DNA from: a virus
Lineage: Duplodnaviria > Caudoviricetes
DNA length: 30,184 nt
IMG/VR virus record: IMGVR_UViG_3300037482_000373
Coordinates: 1-30,184 of that record
Strand: one strand, 5' to 3'
This document shows, piece after piece, positions 24,546 through 30,184 of the stretch. The notes below the pieces were generated by a model that was not told the DNA's origin, ran no database searches, and saw only the letters and a list, made by a program, of their open reading frames with translations. Made by a program: the position numbers and the translations under genes. How positions within the stretch are numbered: the stretch's first letter is position 1; each line of letters opens with the position of its first letter.

Positions 24546-27107
24546 TCAGAACTCCCCCGCTGTGCCTTTGGACTTGGCGACGAACGCCTCCGCTCCATCA
24601 ACGAGCCATTTGTTCACTTTGTGCTTTGTGTCCAAGTGGCTGCGCAGCACGAGCGGTGCGAACTTGTGATCTCCGTTCAACAATCGCAGCATTCGTCCGA
24701 ACACCCGCCCAGGGTCTGCATCGAATGTTTTAGCTTCGCCCGCCGCGCGCTTGAGGATCTTGAGCGTGGTGGCTTCGTCGAACACTTTTGAATCAATTGC
24801 GGTCAGCAAATCAGCAACGCGCCATGGCTTGCCATTTTCTTCCTTGCGCCATCCATGTTGCCACCGTGCGAGCACTTCCAACGCGGAGCGCAGGTCGGCT
24901 TCCTCTTCAGAATCCGAATCAACTTCCACATTCAGCCGGGTGCGAATGTCTGTCTGCGTCACCGCCAGCACAGGGCGCACAATGCGTTGATCGAAGTCTT
25001 CAAATCTGGAAGGGGTGCTTTCAGGCATCTTGAATGCAATTCCTGCGCGCAAAATCGCCACACAAGCGCTCAGAGTTTTGTTGCGATGTTCGCCTGCGAA
25101 CGCGCGCACATCACGGTGCTTGAAGGCGCGCTGCATCGGGTTAGCGGTCTTGGCGTTGAGCCGAATGGTGATCACTCGGGAGCTCATGTCATGCGCGAAC
25201 ACTATGTTGTTGCCTGTGAAAGTGACCAGGAGAGTGTTGACCTCTTTTTTCGTGTCACTGCTGCCCAGCGTTCGGTCGGTTGAAGTCTCTGAGGTGAGCA
25301 GCTTGGCGAGGTGGTCGCTGTCCACCGTGCGGCCTCTGCCGATGTTGTCGAAGAGCACCGCAGGAATCTTGGCCAACAGCAATGAGTGAATCGCTTTGCG
25401 CAGCTCCTCCTCGTCTGAGGAAAAGGCGTGCGAGGCGATCGGTCCACCATGAACAGCGAGCGAGGCCACCTCGATGAGGGTCGATTTGCCAGTCAGCGGT
25501 TGCGGCGCTACAACCGCGTAAGCTGGACAGGTCTTCATCAGCGGACGCTGCATGAACGCGAGCACCAGCCCTAGCGCCGCTGCGCCATCCTCCTCCTCCT
25601 CGAAAGGGAAGTCAGTGAGCAACTCCTCGCTCATCCAGCTCAGCGCCTCCTCCGCGCTCATGCGCTCGTTCACTTTCACGTCAGAAGCGATGTCGAAGTA
25701 AAGTCCCGTCACAGGGTCGTACCCGTGTTGCTTGACGATCAACGCCCCGTCCGCCCCAACCATCGGCCACTCAGCCACTCCCGAAAGTGTTGGGAAGCGG
25801 TTGGCGTGCTGCTTGAGCACCATGTTAGCCAGCCGTTCGGGAATCGGCACCGCGCTCGGCACCCCGTGCGCGTCTGAGGTTTCTAACACCGCACATTCGC
25901 TCATCGAGCTGAGCAGCCCGCTGACACTCGTGCGCCTCACGACCAAAGTCTCCGGCGCCGCCTCCCCGCGCTCGGCAGCAGATTGCAGCATGCGCACAAT
26001 CGGCAACTGGGTCTTGAGCACATCTCGAATCTCGCCCATCACATTGAAGTGATTGTTTTCACTGCGCTCAACCAACGCGGCGGAGAGCTCGGCGCACATT
26101 TCGCTTTCGTTGCCGTTTTCGAACTTGACGCACGTGCGATCCCCGAACGGGGACCAGTCAGCCTCTTTGGCCCAACTGATCAGCGAACCCACCGAGAGCT
26201 GAGTACCACCGGCGCGCGCGGAGCCTTGGCTGCGATCATAGAACATCTCGCGCATGCGGGCGACATTGCCTGCTTTGTCCTCTGCGAACTTAGCGGAGCG
26301 CGCCGCCCATGTTTCATAAACCGCCCAAGCGTCGCTCTCCAACCCGGAGCCCACGTAGAGCCGCCCGATGATGACGCCCAGCGCGAGCCAGCGGTCCCTG
26401 TCGTCTGGGTCTATGACAGTCAGCATGCTCTCGACGCGCTCCAACTTGAATCCAGGCTTGCTGCGCTTGCGGCCACGCTTTTTCTTGTCGCCCTCCTCCT
26501 CACCAGTCACAGCCCCTTGCAGCAGCCACGCAGGCACTTCCAGCAGCTCGCCAGATTCTTTCGCCCATTTGTAGGCGCCGCCGCTCGCATGGTTCGAAGG
26601 CGGCGCGATCACGTAACCCCCATCGTTGCGGACGTCGATCGCGGTCGCGAGCACGTTCGCGCCCGTTCTCAGCGCTTCGGTGTATTTGAAGTAGAGATGC
26701 AACCCACCGCCCCCGGTATTGGCGATCAAGGTGCCTGGTATACCACCGTTCTTAGCCGCCATTACGGTGAGGTTGACTAGACCGGGCTTGCCCTCGCTCA
26801 CGTCTGCGTCGATCACTGTGAGCCCACTCGTGCGCCCTGTGGCGATGCCGACAGAAGCCGCAGGCCATCGCGTCCACCAACCCTCAACAGTAGCGCGGTC
26901 GTTGCTCGCCTCATTCACTCCGCCGTCTGTGCGAGGGTGCTTGCCCGATCGTTTGCCGCAAGCGGCACCCTCTGCGCAGGAGCAAACCCCCTCCCGCGTC
27001 ATCTCGTGCACAGGGAACACCCTCCAGCCTAGCGCCGCGTAAGTGAGCGCGTGCTCTTTCGGGCCGCGATCGCCGGTCTTGGGAGAAAGAATGATTGCCA
27101 TGTTCAC
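24546..27107 (-). CDS. Bifunctional primase-polymerase (Prim-Pol) + PriCT-like + P-loop helicase-like protein
   Basis: ALTYAALGWRVFPV, GKHP, WWTRWP.ASVGIATG...VIDAD, TGGGGLHLYF and DVRNDGGYVIAPPSNH. PriCT-like DRDRWLALG. P-loop PQPLTGKSTL and VLFDNI. Confidence 0.9.
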   Translation of the reverse strand: MNMAIILSPKTGDRGPKEHALTYAALGWRVFPVHEMTREGVCSCAEGAACGKRSGKHPRTDGGVNEASNDRATVEGWWTRWPAASVGIATGRTSGLTVIDADVSEGKPGLVNLTVMAAKNGGIPGTLIANTGGGGLHLYFKYTEALRTGANVLATAIDVRNDGGYVIAPPSNHASGGAYKWAKESGELLEVPAWLLQGAVTGEEEGDKKKRGRKRSKPGFKLERVESMLTVIDPDDRDRWLALGVIIGRLYVGSGLESDAWAVYETWAARSAKFAEDKAGNVARMREMFYDRSQGSARAGGTQLSVGSLISWAKEADWSPFGDRTCVKFENGNESEMCAELSAALVERSENNHFNVMGEIRDVLKTQLPIVRMLQSAAERGEAAPETLVVRRTSVSGLLSSMSECAVLETSDAHGVPSAVPIPERLANMVLKQHANRFPTLSGVAEWPMVGADGALIVKQHGYDPVTGLYFDIASDVKVNERMSAEEALSWMSEELLTDFPFEEEEDGAAALGLVLAFMQRPLMKTCPAYAVVAPQPLTGKSTLIEVASLAVHGGPIASHAFSSDEEELRKAIHSLLLAKIPAVLFDNIGRGRTVDSDHLAKLLTSETSTDRTLGSSDTKKEVNTLLVTFTGNNIVFAHDMSSRVITIRLNAKTANPMQRAFKHRDVRAFAGEHRNKTLSACVAILRAGIAFKMPESTPSRFEDFDQRIVRPVLAVTQTDIRTRLNVEVDSDSEEEADLRSALEVLARWQHGWRKEENGKPWRVADLLTAIDSKVFDEATTLKILKRAAGEAKTFDADPGRVFGRMLRLLNGDHKFAPLVLRSHLDTKHKVNKWLVDGAEAFVAKSKGTAGEF

Positions 27108-27274
27108 CGCCTCTTGGCGACGAGCTTAACGTGCGACTCTGGCAGCTTGTGCAGAGCCAATGAAACTGCGTCCCATTCCGGCCAATTGACCATTGTGTCT
27201 GTGTGCGCTTCCAGCATTGTGACAACCGCGTCCACCAAAGCGCGCACGTCCATCCGCAATGGGACTGCGTTCAC
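27104..27274 (-). CDS. Small hypothetical protein
   Basis: 56 aa, (V)NAVPLRMDVRALVDAVVTMLEAHTDTMVNWPEWDAVSLALHKLPESHVKLVAKRR. Its stop overlaps the primase start (GTGA). Below the ORF-track cutoff. Confidence 0.45.
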   Translation of the reverse strand: MNAVPLRMDVRALVDAVVTMLEAHTDTMVNWPEWDAVSLALHKLPESHVKLVAKRR

Positions 27275-27300
27275 AGCTTTTACAAAAATTTCTATTCGCT

Positions 27301-27456
27301 TTAGGCGTGCTGCTCGGCGGTTTCGTTGGGATCGTAGTTTCCTGCCTGAGCGTTTGTTGGTTGCAAGATGGCATCTAGCTGCCCTTGGAGCAAGCGCCCG
27401 TGCTCGCGCTCAGAGGCAAGCTGATGCTTAAGATCGGAAATTTTCGAATCAATCAT
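27301..27456 (-). CDS. Small hypothetical protein
   Basis: 51 aa, MIDSKISDLKHQLASEREHGRLLQGQLDAIL.... ATGA overlap with the upstream gene. Confidence 0.45.
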   Translation of the reverse strand: MIDSKISDLKHQLASEREHGRLLQGQLDAILQPTNAQAGNYDPNETAEQHA

Positions 27457-27758
27457 TTGAATCCCCTCGCAGCACGCATACGGTTGAGCAGCTCCTCGAT
27501 CTTAGCGATCACCAGTGCGTCCACCACAGAAGCTTCCAGCGAGTTGCTGCGTTCGGCAACTCTCACCTCGCCAGTGCTCCACCGAGCGCCGCACGCCGTG
27601 CAAGCTCTGCGTCGGAACACTGCGACGCCGCGCGTTCTGGTGTTGAGAACGCCTGAATCCGCGCCACAGGCGCATCGGTCCGCAGGCAACAGCCCAGCAA
27701 CGGCGCGCGCGGCGTTGCTGGGGCGCTTGGCGCGACGGATTTTTTCTGACAGTCTCAA
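27453..27758 (-). CDS. NrdR-like zinc-ribbon protein
   Basis: CACGADSGVLNTR...RRRACTACGARWSTGE. Start uncertain; TTG 27758 overlaps the upstream stop. Confidence 0.65.
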   Translation of the reverse strand: MRLSEKIRRAKRPSNAARAVAGLLPADRCACGADSGVLNTRTRGVAVFRRRACTACGARWSTGEVRVAERSNSLEASVVDALVIAKIEELLNRMRAARGFK

Positions 27759-27946
27759 ATGACTGGTGGTTGCGCTGTAGTTATTGTAAAGAAGTCGATG
27801 GTGTCCTGCTCGCATTTGACGTGGACTCGAACGTCCTGGCCGTCGTCCATAGTCTTTACCACTCGACAGAACAGCGGTTCTCTGCCCACCACGCCGCCAA
27901 GCCCCACCAGAGGCCCATGACACCACCAGCAAAACGACGCGCTCAC
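27755..27946 (-). CDS. Small Cys-containing hypothetical protein
   Basis: GTG 27946 with RBS GAGGAG and GTGA overlap. 63 aa, CWWC...HVKC. Confidence 0.6.
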   Translation of the reverse strand: MSASFCWWCHGPLVGLGGVVGREPLFCRVVKTMDDGQDVRVHVKCEQDTIDFFTITTAQPPVI

Positions 27947-27965
27947 GTCTTGCTGCTCCTCTCCG
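27943..27965. repeat. 23-bp direct repeat, copy 1
   Basis: TCACGTCTTGCTGCTCCTCTCCG, identical to 30068-30090. Confidence 0.9.
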
Positions 27966-28143
27966 AAGGGGCCATAGCGCGCCGCTGTTTCCCGTAAGCA
28001 AATTCCCATCGTCCTTGGGCGCTGCGCGGGGTGATTTCCAACCGGCATACCGGGCACTTTGCTTGGTCGTCATTGATGGCGACGTGGCAGCACGTAGTAA
28101 ACATAGTGCTGTTCGTTGGCGAGCATAGGTAGACGTTAGGCAT
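27943..28143 (-). CDS. Small zinc-finger-like hypothetical protein
   Basis: ATG 28143 with RBS AGGAGG. 66 aa, TTCC...CPVC. Confidence 0.65.
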   Translation of the reverse strand: MPNVYLCSPTNSTMFTTCCHVAINDDQAKCPVCRLEITPRSAQGRWEFAYGKQRRAMAPSERSSKT

Positions 28144-28762
28144 CTTTACCCTCCTGCGCGGTGGTGTTATCTGCTGCAGCCAGCGGATCGACGGCGAACA
28201 GTTCGGTAACCGCGTAGTCGCCAGCAAATAAGAGCCTGTCCGGGGGCTGGTGCGTCAGCGTTTCCTCTCCGGTTTTCTCGTTTCGATAGCGCCAGCAGGC
28301 ATGCACCATTCGCTGTTTTGCGGACAGCGCCGCTACGTGCAGTGCCTCGAAAGCATCGGCGCGGTCCTTCCAGTACGCGGCCGATAGCGTCTCGCGGTTG
28401 GCGACCTCCTGCGCCGCCTCCTCCCACTCGGTCGCGCGCATGTTCGCTAGGCGCTCGCGGGAGATGGCTCGCGCCAGCACGTTCCGCGCCGAGTCGTGCT
28501 CTAAGCGCGTCTGCTGCAGCTCATGCTCAAGCTGTCTGGCGAAGTCGATAATGTTCGGATTCAGATGCTCGTAGCCACCTAAAGCGGCATCCGTCCTTGG
28601 TGTCGCCCCTTCGCGCGGCTTCTCTAAGGGCACAGCGGAGGCAGGCGCGCTCCCTGTAAGGCCGGAGTCTCCACTTCGATTCCCTGCCGCCTGATCCGCT
28701 GCTCTGTGGGCATCGCGCTTGCGTTCGTATTCTTGCTGCTCGGAGGACGAGGGCGAGGTCAT
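28136..28762 (-). CDS. Hypothetical protein
   Basis: 208 aa with TPRTDA...DFARQLEHEL coiled-coil. ATGA overlap. Confidence 0.7.
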   Translation of the reverse strand: MTSPSSSEQQEYERKRDAHRAADQAAGNRSGDSGLTGSAPASAVPLEKPREGATPRTDAALGGYEHLNPNIIDFARQLEHELQQTRLEHDSARNVLARAISRERLANMRATEWEEAAQEVANRETLSAAYWKDRADAFEALHVAALSAKQRMVHACWRYRNEKTGEETLTHQPPDRLLFAGDYAVTELFAVDPLAAADNTTAQEGKDA

Positions 28763-28956
28763 GGGTATATTCCTGTGATAGCGGGCAATCCGAAGTACAT
28801 GGCGACATACCCGAGAACGCCAAAAACTACAGCTATCCTTACGTCAGGTTCGTGCTTGTCGTACCCAACTGCTACGGACAAAAAGCCGAACATTACGTAG
28901 AGAAGCATTCCGCAGCCGAAGCCTACAAACGAAAGAGTAAACAGCATCGATTTCAT
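28759..28956 (-). CDS. Small membrane protein
   Basis: 65 aa with two hydrophobic segments and upstream GAGGAG. Confidence 0.6.
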   Translation of the reverse strand: MKSMLFTLSFVGFGCGMLLYVMFGFLSVAVGYDKHEPDVRIAVVFGVLGYVAMYFGLPAITGIYP

Positions 28957-28987
28957 TTCCCTTTCTCCTCTGATCTACTGCGGCCAG

Positions 28988-29203
28988 TTACGCGCGATCC
29001 AGTGCTGAATCCTCTGCGCCAGGCACGCCATCCTGAACGGCAGCCTTAGCAGCCGCTTCCCGTTCGGCGCGTACAGCGTCCCGTTGCTGCTCACCCCCAT
29101 TAGTCCGATCATATTGGCTCCAGTAGTCATGTTGTGGTTTCCATCTGCAAATCTTGCAGCGGCCCTCGTGCCATTGGTGCGGGCAGTAGGGCTCTCGTCT
29201 CAT
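28988..29203 (-). CDS. Hypothetical protein
   Basis: ATG 29203 overlaps the upstream stop. 71 aa, CPHQWHEGRCKIC. Confidence 0.5.
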   Translation of the reverse strand: MRREPYCPHQWHEGRCKICRWKPQHDYWSQYDRTNGGEQQRDAVRAEREAAAKAAVQDGVPGAEDSALDRA

Positions 29204-29565
29204 GTCCACACACGCATGGCAGCGTCTACGGCAGCCCGGATGCCCTCGGGGTATCGCTTACCATTGACGCACCAATTTCTGATGAGGTCGTTTATCTCCT
29301 CGCTTGGAATGGTTAGCTGCTCCAGCCAATCTAGCCGCTTTGCGTCTTCGCCCTCAGCTTCACCGGAGCCATTCAGTGCGTCAGTGATACGCTTTGCGAA
29401 TACCTCGGCCTTCGCCTTAGATGCCTCATCCTTGTAGTCGCACGACTCTTGCCCGTGGTGCTGGAGATCAACTTCCACCACAACACCATCAGGGCCGGAG
29501 ATTCGGAAAGCTCCGTACATGCAGTCGTAGCCTCCCATCTCGTCGAACTCATAGCGGTAGGTCAT
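29200..29565 (-). CDS. Hypothetical protein
   Basis: 121 aa, RBS GAGGAG, ATGA overlap. Contains EDAKRLDWLE...IRAAVDAAM. Confidence 0.7.
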   Translation of the reverse strand: MTYRYEFDEMGGYDCMYGAFRISGPDGVVVEVDLQHHGQESCDYKDEASKAKAEVFAKRITDALNGSGEAEGEDAKRLDWLEQLTIPSEEINDLIRNWCVNGKRYPEGIRAAVDAAMRVWT

Positions 29566-30071
29566 GCTTTCTCCTCTTGTGCGGCGCGGGTGGAAACTGC
29601 AGCGATCACGTCCAGCATCAGCTTGGGCCGGTAGTCGATCTGCTCCATCGACACGCAGCGGTAGCGGTCGTCGCCCTCAATTCTGGCGGCGTGCATGTGG
29701 CCGTGGACGTTGAGCCGGTAGCGGGTGGCAAGCTGGCACGGATGCACAGGAACGTGCGTGAGGATGCAGTCGTGCCATTCTGCGGCACCTAGAATCTTGG
29801 TGAAGTGCGGCGTATAGCAATCGCGCGGGTAGCTGTCGTGGTTGCCGAGCACCAGTTTCTTGATGCCGTTCAGCCCCGCCATAACGGCGAGTTTGTCCCT
29901 GCCGCCGAGGCATACGTCTCCCAGGTGCCACACGGTATCGTCCTTCTTCACGGTCGCGTTCCACCGCTCAACGAGTTCGCGGTCATGCTCCTCGACCGTA
30001 GGCCAAGGGCGAAACTCCACCACCTTCTTGTGGCCGAAATGGGTATCCGCCACGACAAACACCCTGTTCAC
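29562..30071 (-). CDS. Calcineurin-like metallophosphoesterase
   Basis: Motifs DTHFGH, HLGD, GNHD, THVP and HGHMH. Confidence 0.9.
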   Translation of the reverse strand: MNRVFVVADTHFGHKKVVEFRPWPTVEEHDRELVERWNATVKKDDTVWHLGDVCLGGRDKLAVMAGLNGIKKLVLGNHDSYPRDCYTPHFTKILGAAEWHDCILTHVPVHPCQLATRYRLNVHGHMHAARIEGDDRYRCVSMEQIDYRPKLMLDVIAAVSTRAAQEEKA

Positions 30072-30090
30072 GTCTTGCTGCTCCTCTCCG
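30068..30090. repeat. 23-bp direct repeat, copy 2
   Basis: Identical to 27943-27965. Confidence 0.9.
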
Positions 30091-30184
30091 CTGTGCGAAG
30101 GGTGCGCTGCGCCAGTCGTTTGCGAGCCACTCGTTTCCAGCGTGCAACGAACGCTCGATGGCGACGATCAATCTCCACCTGCGG
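30068..30184 (-). CDS. C-terminal fragment of a hypothetical protein
   Basis: Open from the window edge: PQVEIDRRHRAFVARWKRVARKRLAQRTLRTAERSSKT*. Its stop overlaps the phosphoesterase GTG. Confidence 0.5.
   Translation of the reverse strand, partial: PQVEIDRRHRAFVARWKRVARKRLAQRTLRTAERSSKT

Noticed and set aside
27126-27374. Listed 82-aa minus-strand ORF
   Set aside because: Two shorter ORFs (27301..27456 and 27104..27274) with start/stop overlaps fit the region better.
190-29792. Many long plus-strand ORFs (e.g. 3402..4592, 14542..15978, 17953..18867)
   Set aside because: They are antisense shadows of GC-rich minus-strand genes, with no recognisable motifs. The minus strand is already tiled by coupled genes.
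1-30184. Integrase, lysis genes, prohead protease, tRNA, reverse transcriptase or diversity-generating retroelement
   Set aside because: No supporting motifs were seen in this window, so lifestyle and host cannot be determined from it.

Overview
This window is a ~30 kb segment of a tailed dsDNA (siphovirus-like) phage or prophage. All credible genes are on the minus strand. Right to left it holds small accessory genes (including a metallophosphoesterase), a Prim-Pol/PriCT/P-loop replication protein, a probable origin, terS, terL, portal, MuF minor head, scaffold, P22-type major capsid, a BNR/repeat structural protein, neck genes, tail tube, frameshifting tail chaperones, tape measure and tail-tip genes. 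The main unexplained signal is a family of seven genes inserted between the core morphogenesis genes, mostly with overlapping or abutting start/stop codons. They all begin with the leader MAWSDAAR(A/R)AA(L/A)E(V/A)RR and continue with variable cargo: an ADP-ribosyltransferase-like domain, a ParB/Srx-like domain or very basic small proteins. One copy is frameshifted. This could be an undescribed leader-addressed cargo system, possibly for capsid packaging. Second, scaffold and major capsid share an N-terminal extension ending in ExxMxRxGM(V/I)LG. Third, six hairpins with GNGAY loops surround those same two genes. Fourth, a pseudoknot could sequester the RBS of the tail chaperone gene. Family assignments come from motif recognition and synteny; no database searches were run.
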